DNA of 64,000 nt, taken from Verrucomicrobiia bacterium. Its GTDB lineage: Bacteria > Desulfobacterota > Binatia > UBA9968. Each line of letters starts with the position of its first letter. Within the stretch, counting starts at the first letter, position 1. The notes beneath the pieces are model-generated. The model made no database searches, was not told where the DNA came from, and saw nothing but the letters and a program-made list of their open reading frames with translations. The translations under genes and the position numbers were made by a program. The DNA lies in contig DATJFG010000033.1 of assembly GCA_035495775.1 (NCBI GenBank), forward strand, positions 64,122 through 128,121, in the 5' to 3' direction. This document shows, in pieces, positions 47,515 through 57,398 of this stretch.

Positions 47515-48261
47515 CTAGATCATCACCGTGCCGCAGTTGACGTTCACCGCTTGGCCGGTGATGTAGCGGGCGGCATCGCTGGCTAGAAACAGGATCGTCC
47601 CGACGAGATCTTCGGGCTCCATTGCGTGGCCGAGCGGATTGCGGATCAAGCGCTCGTGCAGCTCGGCCGCCGTGCGGTGGCTCCGCGGCAGCTCGGTGTT
47701 GATGATGTTCGGACAGATCGCGTTGGCCGTGATCCCGTCGGGCCCGAGCTCGCGCGCGAGCGCCTTGATGAAGCCGACGATGCCGGCCTTCGACGCCGCG
47801 TAATGCGCGCCGGCGATCCCGCCGGTGTGCGCGATGCCGGAGGCGATGCTGATGATGCGGCCGCTTTTTTGCGCGCGCATCGATGGCGCGAAGGCGCGGC
47901 AGCAGAGGAAATTGCCGCCGAGGTTCACATCCAGGACGCGGTCCCAATCGTCCTCCGACATCTCCGTCACCCGCGCCTGGGGGAAAATGCCCGCGTCATT
48001 GACGAGGATATCTATCTGATTAAAGCGGCCGAGCGCCTGTCCCGCGAGATTGTCGACGGACCTCTCGCTCGCGACGTCGGTCTCGACGGCGAGCGCCTGG
48101 ACACCGAGCGCGCGCGTTTCGCCCGCAGCGGCTTCGGCCTTGCCCCCTTGGAGATCGGCGATGACGACGCTCGCGCCCTCGCGCGCGAGGCCGAGCGCGA
48201 TCGCGCGGCCGATTCCCTGCGCGCCGCCGGTGATCACCGCGGTCTTGCCTTGAAGTCGCAT
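47515..48261 (-). CDS. SDR-family oxidoreductase
   Basis: TGGAQGIG cofactor motif and YxxxK active site. Confidence 0.85.
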   Translation of the reverse strand: MRLQGKTAVITGGAQGIGRAIALGLAREGASVVIADLQGGKAEAAAGETRALGVQALAVETDVASERSVDNLAGQALGRFNQIDILVNDAGIFPQARVTEMSEDDWDRVLDVNLGGNFLCCRAFAPSMRAQKSGRIISIASGIAHTGGIAGAHYAASKAGIVGFIKALARELGPDGITANAICPNIINTELPRSHRTAAELHERLIRNPLGHAMEPEDLVGTILFLASDAARYITGQAVNVNCGTVMI

Positions 48262-48266
48262 CGAGG

Positions 48267-49007
48267 TCACGGCGTCACCCAGCCGCCGTTCACGTGCAGC
48301 GTCTGCCCGGTCATGCACGCGCTTGCGGCGCTCGTGAGAAAGTAAAATGCCTCGGCCATGTCTTCCGGCGTGCCGTTCCGCCCGAGCGGAATTTCCGCCG
48401 CGCGCTTTTGTCTCAGCTCCGGGTCCCAGCCTTCCAAGACGCGCGGCGTGTCGGTCGGACCCGGCGCGACGACGTTGACGAGCACGCCGTAGGGCGCGAG
48501 CTCCAGCGCGAGCGATTTGCTGAAGCCGATGATTCCCGCCTTCGACGCCGAATAGGGCGTACGCAGCGGAGAGCCGGTGACGCCGTAGTTGGATGCCGTG
48601 TTGACGATGCGACCGCGCTTCTGCCCGATCATGATCGGCGCGGCCTCGCGGCAAAAGAGAAAGGTGCCTTTAAGATTGATGTCGAGGACCTCTTTCCACT
48701 CCGCCCAGCTGAGCTCCTCGATCCGTTTTCGATGGATGGCGCCGCCGGCGATGTTGGCGAGTATGTCGAGCCGGCCGTGGCGCTCCACAACGCGCGCGAC
48801 GGCGGCTTTGACTTCCGCCGAACGCCGCACGTCGACGCGCGCGGCGTCGGCGCGACCGCCGCGGGTACGGATTTCACGGCATGCCTCCGCCGCGCCTTTC
48901 TCATCCCAGTCGACGATCTCGACGGCGATGCCCTCGGCGGCGAGTTTGAGCGCGACGGCGTGGCCGATGCCGTTGCCGCCTCCCGTGACGAGCGCTACCT
49001 CCGACAC
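48267..49007 (-). CDS. SDR-family oxidoreductase
   Basis: TGGGNGIG and YSASK motifs. In tandem with the previous SDR. Confidence 0.85.
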   Translation of the reverse strand: MSEVALVTGGGNGIGHAVALKLAAEGIAVEIVDWDEKGAAEACREIRTRGGRADAARVDVRRSAEVKAAVARVVERHGRLDILANIAGGAIHRKRIEELSWAEWKEVLDINLKGTFLFCREAAPIMIGQKRGRIVNTASNYGVTGSPLRTPYSASKAGIIGFSKSLALELAPYGVLVNVVAPGPTDTPRVLEGWDPELRQKRAAEIPLGRNGTPEDMAEAFYFLTSAASACMTGQTLHVNGGWVTP

Positions 49008-49010
49008 TGC

Positions 49011-50768
49011 CTACTTGCCTTCGTAGATTTTTTGGATGTCGCCGGCGTAAAGCTCCTGGACGGCCTTGCGGTCGATCTTCACTTTGAAGCCGGTCACGCT
49101 TCTGACGCGCTCGGGAAAATTCCCATTGACGATCGCGATATCGCGGATGCGCTCGTGTTCGTCGAGATGGCGGTTGATCTCCTCGACGCGGCGCATGATC
49201 GCCTGGCGCGCGTCCGCGTCCGTCACCGCGGCGGCCGACTTGCCGAGCGCCGCGGCGATCGCGTCGATTTCCGGGACAGCCAAGGCGGCCATGAACGGCT
49301 TACGGTCGCCGAGGAGGAGCGCCTGGCGGATCAGCGCGTCGCCCTCGAGGAGTATCTCGAGGTGGCGCGGATCGATGTTCGAGCCGTCGGTGCAATAGAA
49401 GACGTCTTTTTTCCGCCCGACGATCCGCAGCGTGCCGTCGGATTCGATCGCGCCGAGATCCCCGGTGTGAAACCAGCCGTCGGCATCGAGCACCTCGTTG
49501 GTCGCACGAGCGTCATTGAAATAGCCGCGCGTGACGGTCGGTCCGCGGACGAGGATTTCGCCGTCCTCGGCGATGCGGATCTCGATATTCGCGAACGGCT
49601 TGCCGAGATTTCCCGGCCGGTTCTCGCCGATGCCGGAGAGCGTCACCCCGCCGCATTCCGTGGAACCGTAGGAACCCAGCAGCGGCACCCCCACGAGCTC
49701 GAAGAAGCGCATGATTCGGGGCGCCATCGGCGCTCCGCTGTAGGTGATGTATTTGATCCGGCCGCCGAGCGCGCGCCGGACCGATTCTCTGAGGCTTCGC
49801 TTGAGCTCGTCGAAGCGCGCCGCCGCGGCGGCGTCGAGCGCGCCGGCTTCCGCGCGCCGGCGGTCGAGCCGCTCCAGCTCTGCCCATTGCGCGGCGTTCT
49901 CGCCCGCCGCTAAAAGCGCGGCCCAGATCTTCTCCATCACGCGCGGCACGATCGTCATCGACGTGGGCGACAGCGCCGCGATGCTGGCGAGATCGACGTC
50001 GAGCTCGGTCGCCTCCAACATCGCCGTCGTCCGTCCCGTCGCCGCGCCCTTGTGAAAGCAGAACCGCCCGAGCAGGTGGTTCGTGGTCAGCACCATCGCC
50101 GCGACCTCGTCGGGCTTGCTGAGAACGATCGGGCCGCCGGAGGAAATATTGGAGAGTATATTCTTCTGCGTCTTCATGACGCCCTTGGGATCGCCCGTCG
50201 AGCCCGAAGTGTACATGATCGTCGCAAGATCGTCTTCATGGACCCCCTCGAGCATCTTCCTCAGCTTCTCCTCGGGAGCACGCCGGCCGCGGGCGCGCAG
50301 ATCGTCAAAGGAGATCGTGTTCGGCAGCGCGCCGCCAATGCCCTTGAATGTTATGATATGTTCGAGGCCGGGCAGTTGGCCTTTCATGTTGAGCAGTCTG
50401 CCGGCTGCGGTCTCGTCCTCGACGAACGCCGCGCGCGCGCCGGCATGGGCGAGTTGCTTGAGCAACGTGAGCTCCGACAGGCGCGAGGAGATCACGACAT
50501 TGGCCAGTCCCGACGCGAGCGTCGCCAGGTCGGCGCAGAGCCACGCAAGGCTGTTCTCGCCGATAATCGCCACACGGTCGCCGGCGCGAAGCCCCAGCGC
50601 ATCGAGGCCGAGCACCGTCTCGCGCACCATCTCGCCGAAGTCGCGCCAGGAAATCTCCTCGAAGCGCCCGGCGCTCTGAAGCTTGAGAAACGTCTGTCCG
50701 CCCAGCTGAGCCGCGCGATGGAAAAAGACTTCGCCCAGATGGCGATAATTCGGCTCGGTGTGGCTCAT
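49011..50768 (-). CDS. AMP-dependent synthetase/ligase (long-chain fatty-acid--CoA ligase-like)
   Basis: AMP-binding motifs YTSGSTGDPKG and TGD. Start set at MSHTEP. Confidence 0.8.
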   Translation of the reverse strand: MSHTEPNYRHLGEVFFHRAAQLGGQTFLKLQSAGRFEEISWRDFGEMVRETVLGLDALGLRAGDRVAIIGENSLAWLCADLATLASGLANVVISSRLSELTLLKQLAHAGARAAFVEDETAAGRLLNMKGQLPGLEHIITFKGIGGALPNTISFDDLRARGRRAPEEKLRKMLEGVHEDDLATIMYTSGSTGDPKGVMKTQKNILSNISSGGPIVLSKPDEVAAMVLTTNHLLGRFCFHKGAATGRTTAMLEATELDVDLASIAALSPTSMTIVPRVMEKIWAALLAAGENAAQWAELERLDRRRAEAGALDAAAAARFDELKRSLRESVRRALGGRIKYITYSGAPMAPRIMRFFELVGVPLLGSYGSTECGGVTLSGIGENRPGNLGKPFANIEIRIAEDGEILVRGPTVTRGYFNDARATNEVLDADGWFHTGDLGAIESDGTLRIVGRKKDVFYCTDGSNIDPRHLEILLEGDALIRQALLLGDRKPFMAALAVPEIDAIAAALGKSAAAVTDADARQAIMRRVEEINRHLDEHERIRDIAIVNGNFPERVRSVTGFKVKIDRKAVQELYAGDIQKIYEGK

Positions 50769-52120
50769 GGGATGGGAGTGAACAAGCCCGGATCGTACTT
50801 CGAGCGGCCCGGCTTCTCGATGGACTTGAGACCGCGGATATCTTCGCGGTGATCGTAGGCGTACAAAACCGCGTCGGCCACATCGTCCATATGTTCTTTT
50901 AAATATCGCCGCGCCGGCACCGCGAGACGAAGGAGGTCGACGCCGCGCTCGATCTGTCTCCGCGTGAGCGGCGGCCCTTTGGTCGCGCGCACGCCGGAGA
51001 CCGCGTAGAGAAAAGCCGCCAGCGCTTCCGCCGGGTGCCGCTCGGGCGGCATCTCGGGTAAAAATTTTCGCGTGTCGATAAACACGCCGTGCCCGCCCGC
51101 GGGACGCAGGACCGGCACGCGCTCGGCGAGTCTTCGCCATAGATGTTCGACCTGGCGCACGCGGCTGGCGACGTACTCCGGCGTGGAAAATATTTCCGCG
51201 AGCGACAAGGAGAGACTTGCAAGTGCGTTCGGCGGCGGCTGTCCGCCGTCCAACAACTGCTGAAAGGATGCCCGGTGGTAGCTCTTTTCATCGCGCGTCG
51301 CAATGAAGCCGCCGACCGGCACGAGAAAATCTTTCAGCGCGCTCATGGTGAGGCCGTCGGCGAGTGCGCAGGTTTCGCGCGCAATCTCTTGGATCGAGCG
51401 CTCTTGGTACCCCGGCTCGCGCTGCTGGATGAAGTAGCTGTTTTCTAGAATGCGGCAGCCGTCGAGAAAGACCGGAATCTTATGTTTTTCGGCAATCGCG
51501 CGCACGCCACGGAGGTTCGCTAGTGACACGGGGTGGCCGCCCGCGGAGTTGACGCACACTTCGACGTAAATACAGGAAATCTTCTCTGCGCCCTGCTCGC
51601 CGATAACTTTTTCGAGCTTATCGAGATCGAGATCGCCCTTGAAAGGCTCGTCGGAAAAAAGATCGTCAGCCTTTTCCGCGATGACGTCGATGACCTTTCC
51701 CCCGTTCGCATCGATATGATAGCGCGTGGAAGGAAACAGCATGTTGCCCGGCACGACCGTGCCCTGCCGGACATTGATCTTCATCCATACCCGCTCGGCC
51801 GCGCGCCCCTGGACGCACGGGACGACGAAGGGAAAGCCGAAGATCTCGCGAAACCGGCGGACGGCATCGGACCCGGCTGAATCCTTGTCGGTTCCCGGCA
51901 CATTGCCGGCGACCGAGGCCGCCGCCTGCGCGACGCTCGGCGCGCCCATGCCGCTGTCGCTCTGGAGATCGATGTAGACCAGGTCGGCGGAGATCAGCTC
52001 GCTATTATGACTGGCGCGCTCGAGCTCCGCCTCGCGCTCGGCGCGCGTCGTGCGACGGATCGGCCGCGCCACCGCGATGTCATAGGGGACCGAGAAGCCT
52101 ATTTCGGTAAGGCTCTTCAT
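50765..52120 (-). CDS. beta-eliminating lyase (tryptophanase / tyrosine phenol-lyase family, PLP-dependent)
   Basis: ~450 aa with TnaA/Tpl family-like features. 4-bp overlap with the ligase start. Confidence 0.6.
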   Translation of the reverse strand: MKSLTEIGFSVPYDIAVARPIRRTTRAEREAELERASHNSELISADLVYIDLQSDSGMGAPSVAQAAASVAGNVPGTDKDSAGSDAVRRFREIFGFPFVVPCVQGRAAERVWMKINVRQGTVVPGNMLFPSTRYHIDANGGKVIDVIAEKADDLFSDEPFKGDLDLDKLEKVIGEQGAEKISCIYVEVCVNSAGGHPVSLANLRGVRAIAEKHKIPVFLDGCRILENSYFIQQREPGYQERSIQEIARETCALADGLTMSALKDFLVPVGGFIATRDEKSYHRASFQQLLDGGQPPPNALASLSLSLAEIFSTPEYVASRVRQVEHLWRRLAERVPVLRPAGGHGVFIDTRKFLPEMPPERHPAEALAAFLYAVSGVRATKGPPLTRRQIERGVDLLRLAVPARRYLKEHMDDVADAVLYAYDHREDIRGLKSIEKPGRSKYDPGLFTPIP

Positions 52121-52169
52121 TTTTTCCTAAGGGAATCCGCCGGACCTGCCGGCTCAGTCGTCGAGCGCG

Positions 52170-52679
52170 TCAGTCTTTATTTTCGGGCTGGAGCGTTGAT
52201 GATTGCTTAGCGCTTTTCTCCGCCAGCAGCGCCGCCGCCTTGGCGACGATTTTTCTTTCCGTCGGATAAGAGATTTGTTTCTCGGCTTCCGCCATGGAAA
52301 ACCAGCGGACTTCGTCGACTTCCTGATCGTGGCGCGAGACGTCGCCTTTCAAGTAGCGGAACAAATAAAAATAAACGCGCTTAAAAATCCGGACCGTCTC
52401 GCCCCCGTCTCCCTTTTGGGTGTACCAATAGGTGATATCGTCCAGTTTTGCAACTATTTTGCCTTCGAGACCGGTCTCCTCGCGCACCTCGCGGAGCGCC
52501 GTGTTCTGCAGCGACTCACCCTCTTCGACCTGACCTTTGGGAAGTCCCCAGCGGTCGCGCACGCGGATAAGCGCGACTTCGACATCGGCTTTAAATTTGC
52601 GATATATGACGCCGCCGGATGAAATCACCCGGACCGTAGGAGCGCCGGCGGCGGATTCACTTTTTCGCGAGCTCTTCAT
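52170..52679 (-). CDS. NUDIX hydrolase
   Basis: Nudix box GLPKGQVEEGESLQNTALREVREETGL. Confidence 0.8.
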   Translation of the reverse strand: MKSSRKSESAAGAPTVRVISSGGVIYRKFKADVEVALIRVRDRWGLPKGQVEEGESLQNTALREVREETGLEGKIVAKLDDITYWYTQKGDGGETVRIFKRVYFYLFRYLKGDVSRHDQEVDEVRWFSMAEAEKQISYPTERKIVAKAAALLAEKSAKQSSTLQPENKD

Positions 52680-52980
52680 CGAGCCACTTAAGATAGGGTT
52701 CGGCGCCTTCGACGATCGGCAGCGCGACGATCTCGGGCACGGAATAGCTGTGGAGCGCGGCAACTCTCTGCTTCAGTCGATCGAAAAGATCACGGCGGCT
52801 TTTGATGATGAGCAGCACTTCCTCCGCGGTTTCGACCTTCCCCTCCCAACGATAGATGGACCGAACACCGCCCACGCGGTTGACGCAGGCGGCGAGGCGC
52901 TCTTCGACGAGCGCGCTCGCGATGCGCTCGCCCTCATCCGCCGATCCGACCGTTACGTACACCACGACGAACTCGGTCAT
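52657..52980 (-). CDS. cutA: divalent-cation tolerance protein CutA
   Basis: 107-aa CutA1 fold (AACVN...VETAEE...). Confidence 0.85.
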   Translation of the reverse strand: MTEFVVVYVTVGSADEGERIASALVEERLAACVNRVGGVRSIYRWEGKVETAEEVLLIIKSRRDLFDRLKQRVAALHSYSVPEIVALPIVEGAEPYLKWLDEELAKK

Positions 52981-53060
52981 ACTCGTGAGTTTACAACCGA
53001 GGTTCTGCGGCAGTCAATGTGGGCTTTTCGGCCGCTGAAGCGGCGCCGGGCGGCGGGGGC

Positions 53061-53447
53061 TTATTTGCCCCGACTCAAGACGCTGAGAACGTCTTTGATC
53101 GTTTTCGTCTTTTCGCGATTCTTCCCGTGCAGGAGCTTTCTCAGCTTTTCAACCCAAAGCTCCTCGTCGGTTTTCTTCCTGGCGCCGCGCCCGGCACGGC
53201 CGTAGCGCGCCGGCTGCTCGGCGACATAGCCCGCGCCCGCCCGGCTTTCGCTGCCTAAGAGCAGCCAGTCGACGCTTTTTCCCGAGAGCTTGGCGATCCG
53301 GAGTAAAATGCGCGCGGTCGGGACATGGCCGTTGAGACACTTGGAAACCGTCCCCTGAGGAATTTTTGCGCGGCGGGCGAACTCGGTCGGATTGACGCCC
53401 ATCGAGTCGACGATTTGCGCGAAGCGCGCCGAAAATTGTTTGTTCAT
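53061..53447 (-). CDS. XRE-family helix-turn-helix transcriptional regulator
   Basis: N-terminal HTH (FARRAKIPQGTVSKCLNG). Confidence 0.65.
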   Translation of the reverse strand: MNKQFSARFAQIVDSMGVNPTEFARRAKIPQGTVSKCLNGHVPTARILLRIAKLSGKSVDWLLLGSESRAGAGYVAEQPARYGRAGRGARKKTDEELWVEKLRKLLHGKNREKTKTIKDVLSVLSRGK

Positions 53448-53624
53448 TCGTTTAGGAATGTTTCGCTAAAAATGGTTGAAGAAATTATAGAAATCCCGAT
53501 GCTCCGCGACGACTTTCTGTCATGCTAGCAATGCACCGGGATAAAATCAACATCCATGGCATGGTTTCACGACGCTTCGCGTTTCTCTGGCGATCGCGTA
53601 TCATGGCGAAGTCGGTCGAGTCGC

Positions 53625-54332
53625 ATGAAGACAAAGGAGGAGATCCGCCGAGCCGTTTGGCGTCTGTTGCGCGACAGAAAGGCCGCGCGCTTCCCCGGCG
53701 CCGAGGGGCGCATTCCAAATTTTGTCGGCGCCGAGGCGTGCGCAAAGTTTCTTTCGGCCCTATCGGTCTGGAACAAGGCGAAAGTGGTCAAGATCAATCC
53801 CGATTCGCCGCAGCGCGCCGTCCGACAAAGGGCCCTGGAAGAGGGAAAAATCCTTTACATGCCCGCGCCGCGCTTGGCCGAGGCCAAACCCTTTATCGAG
53901 CTCGATCCCAAGCGTCTCAAAGTATCGCCGTACGCCGCCTCGTCGATCAAGGGCGCCTTTCAACACGGCCGCCCCGTCGCGCTCGAGGAAATGAAGAAGA
54001 TCGACCTCATCGTCTGCGGCTCGGTCGCCGTCGACCTCGAAGGCAGGCGCGTCGGCAAGGGCGGCGGCTATTCGGATCTCGAGTACGCGCTGCTGCGCGA
54101 GGCGAAGAAGGTCGGCGCGCGAACGCCGATCATCACCACCGTCCATCCGCTGCAGATCGTCTCCGATGAAATTCCCATGACCGAGCACGACATCCCGCTC
54201 GACGCGGTCGTTACGCCGGAAACAGCGCTGACGCTTAAGCGCAAGCATGATAAGCCGCGCGGCATCTACTGGGACCTGCTGCCGAGCGACAAAATCGATG
54301 CGATTCCGGTTTTAAGGAACCATGCCCGGTGA
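53625..54332 (+). CDS. 5-formyltetrahydrofolate cyclo-ligase-family protein
   Basis: GKGGGYSD matches the 5-FCL family G.GGGYYD motif. Confidence 0.6.
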   Translation: MKTKEEIRRAVWRLLRDRKAARFPGAEGRIPNFVGAEACAKFLSALSVWNKAKVVKINPDSPQRAVRQRALEEGKILYMPAPRLAEAKPFIELDPKRLKVSPYAASSIKGAFQHGRPVALEEMKKIDLIVCGSVAVDLEGRRVGKGGGYSDLEYALLREAKKVGARTPIITTVHPLQIVSDEIPMTEHDIPLDAVVTPETALTLKRKHDKPRGIYWDLLPSDKIDAIPVLRNHAR

Positions 54333-54786
54333 GCCTGAATTTGAAAGGCCGCCCGAGGTGTGTTTTACTAGGGAGAATTTCCACGATATTTTTATGCAGA
54401 AGATCGATTTCGCCAAGGGGAACGGGCTCGTGCCCGTCATCGTGCAGGACTACCGGAGCCGGGAGGTCCTAATGATGGCTTATATGAACGAGGCGGCCTG
54501 GGAGAAGACCAAGAAAACCGGCAAGGCGCATTTTTACAGCCGCTCGCGCGGCGGCCTGTGGTTCAAGGGCGAAGAGTCCGGCCACTACCAAGAGGTGAAG
54601 GACATTCTCGTCGACTGCGACAACGATACGCTGCTCTTGCGGGTAAAGCAGATGGGCGGCGGCGCGTGCCACATGGGATACAAGAGCTGCTTTTATAGGA
54701 AGAAATCCGGCAGCGGCTGGAAGACCGCGGCGAAAAGAATTTTCGACCCGGCGAAAGTATATAAGAAGAGCGAAACGACCAAATGA
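54322..54786 (+). CDS. hisI: phosphoribosyl-AMP cyclohydrolase
   Basis: HisI motifs ([22 protein letters not shown]). An alternative start at 54394 is possible. Confidence 0.85.
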   Translation: MPGEPEFERPPEVCFTRENFHDIFMQKIDFAKGNGLVPVIVQDYRSREVLMMAYMNEAAWEKTKKTGKAHFYSRSRGGLWFKGEESGHYQEVKDILVDCDNDTLLLRVKQMGGGACHMGYKSCFYRKKSGSGWKTAAKRIFDPAKVYKKSETTK

Positions 54787-55688
54787 AATCCGCCGCTCAA
54801 CAAGAACTCAAGCTCGGGCTTCCCAAGGGGAGCCTCGAGTCGATGACGATCGAGCTGTTTAAAAAATCCGGCTGGAAAATCTCCACGACGAGCCGGAGCT
54901 ATTTTCCATCCGTCGACGACAAGACGCTACGCTGCAGCCTCGTGCGGCCGCAGGAGATGTCGCGCTATGTGGAGAGCGGCACGCTCGACGCCGGCATCAC
55001 CGGAAAAGACTGGACGATCGAGAACGACTCCGATATCGAGGTCGTCGCGGAAATGGTCTATTCCAAGACGAGCTTCAAGCCGACCTATTGGGTGCTCGCC
55101 GTGCCGCAGGATTCTGAGATCAAATCGATCGAGGAGTTGAAGGGCAAGCGGATCGCGACAGAGATGGTGAATTTCACCCGGCGCTATTTCGCCGAGCGGA
55201 AGATTCCGGTGGAAGTGGAGTTCTCCTGGGGCGTCACCGAGGCGAAGGCCGCCGAGGGACTGGTCGACGCGATTGTGGAGGTTACCGAAACCGGCACCAC
55301 GATCCGCGCGCACGGCCTCAAGATCATCGCCGAGCTGCTGGAGTCGAGCCCCCAGCTCATCGCCAACAAGAAGGCCTGGCGCGATTCCTGGAAGAAAGAG
55401 AAGATCGAGCAGATCAAGATGTTGCTTCAGGGCGCGCTGTCGGCCGAGAACAAGGTCGGCATCAAGATGAACGTCACCGAGGCGGAGCTCGACAAGATCG
55501 TCAAGCTTATCCCCAGCATCACCGCGCCGACGGTCTCGCCGCTCTACGCGACCGCCGCGCTCCACGGCGTCAAATGGTTCTCGATCGAGAGCGTCATCGC
55601 GGAGGACGTCGTGCGCGATCTGATCCCGAAGCTGATCCAGAACGGCGCCGTGGGGATTATCGAATATCCGCTGAATAAAGTGATCTGA
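54783..55688 (+). CDS. hisG: ATP phosphoribosyltransferase (long form with C-terminal regulatory domain)
   Basis: HisG catalytic region plus the C-terminal HisG_C domain. 4-bp overlap with hisI. Confidence 0.9.
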   Translation: MKSAAQQELKLGLPKGSLESMTIELFKKSGWKISTTSRSYFPSVDDKTLRCSLVRPQEMSRYVESGTLDAGITGKDWTIENDSDIEVVAEMVYSKTSFKPTYWVLAVPQDSEIKSIEELKGKRIATEMVNFTRRYFAERKIPVEVEFSWGVTEAKAAEGLVDAIVEVTETGTTIRAHGLKIIAELLESSPQLIANKKAWRDSWKKEKIEQIKMLLQGALSAENKVGIKMNVTEAELDKIVKLIPSITAPTVSPLYATAALHGVKWFSIESVIAEDVVRDLIPKLIQNGAVGIIEYPLNKVI

Positions 55689-55727
55689 GAGATACGGCGC
55701 GGCGGGTGAAGGGGTGCGTCCGAAAAG

Positions 55728-56276
55728 CTAGTACAGCTCTTTCTGCTTCTCCTCCAGCTCTTCTTTTTCTTCTGGCTCGATCACGTAGAGGCCGTTCATC
55801 GTCTTGATCTTTTCCGGCTCGTAAAAGTACTTCGAAACCTCCGCGCCTTCTTCGAACTCGTACATCCGGATCGCATCCCACGGGCAGATCTTCTTGTCCA
55901 GGCGGTCCTCGGACTCCGTGCCGACCAGCTGGAGCTGGAATTTCTTCGGCATTTTGTCGGCTTCGATGGGCTTTTTCGCGCTGTCGTAAAACCTGCCGCC
56001 GTATTCGTAGAAGATCTCGCCGGTCTCCTTGTGCTGGTGAATCTTGGTGAGATCGTCGCTGTAGCACATCTGACAGCCGATGCATTTATCGTTGTCGACC
56101 CACACGCGGTATGGCTTTAAGCCGCCCTGCGGGAGCTCTTCGTACAAAAGGTTGATGCAGCCGTCCACCGGGCAGTGCACCTCGCAGAGGGGTGAACCCG
56201 CGCAACTCGAGCAGTTCTCGTTCATCACGGCGAGAAGCGCCGTGCCCTTACGCTTTTTTGCCGTCGGGTCCGCCAT
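55728..56276 (-). CDS. 4Fe-4S dicluster ferredoxin-domain protein
   Basis: Two Cys clusters (CSSCAGSPLCEVHCP and CIGCQMC...CP). Start uncertain; the alternative Met at 56225 would avoid overlap with the TPR gene. Confidence 0.6.
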   Translation of the reverse strand: MADPTAKKRKGTALLAVMNENCSSCAGSPLCEVHCPVDGCINLLYEELPQGGLKPYRVWVDNDKCIGCQMCYSDDLTKIHQHKETGEIFYEYGGRFYDSAKKPIEADKMPKKFQLQLVGTESEDRLDKKICPWDAIRMYEFEEGAEVSKYFYEPEKIKTMNGLYVIEPEEKEELEEKQKELY

Positions 56277-57090
56277 CGAGTTCTCTCCTTGTGCGTAGGT
56301 AGCGGGAGTTCAAGTAAAGCAAGAGCGCCGCCACGAGCAGCACCCAATAATAGTGTACCAGCTTCACCTGCCCCCATTCCAGCCAGTAAACGAAATTGGG
56401 GGCGCGCGCGATGAGCCGCTTGAGCGTCCCTTCGGCGGCGGAATAATCGCGCATCTCACGCTGCGCCTCCGCGAGGCCGTAAAGCGCGCCCTCGTCGTTG
56501 GGATTGCTCTTCAGCGCCTGCTCGAACTCTTTGCGCGCCTCGCGCCATTTTTTCTCCTCGGCGTAGACCCAGCCGAGATTGCTGCGCGCCTCGCTGTACC
56601 CGGGACGAAGCTCAACCGCGTGGTTGAAGCTGGCGGCGGCCTTATCGAGCTCGCCCGCTTTCTTGTAAGCGACGCCGAGGTTGTTGTGCGCCTCGGCGAG
56701 ATCGGGCTTCAGCTCGACGACCTTGGCGTAATCGGCGGCGGCCGCGGCATAATCGCGCTTGACCTCGAGCTCGATCCAGCCGCGGAGCGTCCGCGCCTCG
56801 ACGTGATCGGGATCGAGGCTGAGAGTTTTTTCGACTTCCGCCGCCGCCCTTTGCGCGTCGCGCGTCCGCAAGGCCGCCAGCGCGACAAAAAGATGCGGGT
56901 CGGGCTCGCGCGGATATTTTTGCGCGACGCGGCTTAACAGCTCCTGCGCTTCCTGGCTTTTGCCTTCGGCGAGATATTTTCTGCCGAGCTCCCAATCGGG
57001 GTCGCGAACGAGTGCCGTGTCTGCGGCGAAGGCGGCGGACGCACAAAGGCCCACGACTCCCAGGAGCGCCGCCGCCCAGGAACGCCGCAT
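56248..57090 (-). CDS. secreted/membrane TPR-repeat protein
   Basis: Signal peptide, five or six TPR units, and a C-terminal TM segment. Confidence 0.7.
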   Translation of the reverse strand: MRRSWAAALLGVVGLCASAAFAADTALVRDPDWELGRKYLAEGKSQEAQELLSRVAQKYPREPDPHLFVALAALRTRDAQRAAAEVEKTLSLDPDHVEARTLRGWIELEVKRDYAAAAADYAKVVELKPDLAEAHNNLGVAYKKAGELDKAAASFNHAVELRPGYSEARSNLGWVYAEEKKWREARKEFEQALKSNPNDEGALYGLAEAQREMRDYSAAEGTLKRLIARAPNFVYWLEWGQVKLVHYYWVLLVAALLLYLNSRYLRTRRELDGGPDGKKA

Positions 57091-57091
57091 G

Positions 57092-57277
57092 CTATTTCCA
57101 CATCTCTTCTGGAATTTCGTCCTTTCGTCCTTCTTCGATGAGCTTGTCGTTACGAAAGGCCTGCTTGAGGCCGATCCAGGTGAAGAAGAGGACGAGAAGC
57201 AGCATCCCGACGATCGGAATGTTGTCGGGCTTGGTCACGATCTCTAAAAAGTTATGTAATCCACTCGGCTCGGGCAT
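57092..57277 (-). CDS. small single-TM membrane protein
   Basis: 61 aa with a central hydrophobic helix. Ends 2 bp before the TPR gene. Confidence 0.4.
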   Translation of the reverse strand: MPEPSGLHNFLEIVTKPDNIPIVGMLLLVLFFTWIGLKQAFRNDKLIEEGRKDEIPEEMWK

Positions 57278-57398
57278 AGAATCAACACCGCCTTTTCACA
57301 GGTAAATATTAGAAAGCAGTGCTCAAGTCAAACCTAGCTTTCGCCGGGCCGAACATGCTAGGAATTGAGCAGGAGGTCGCCTGAAAAATACGATTTCG

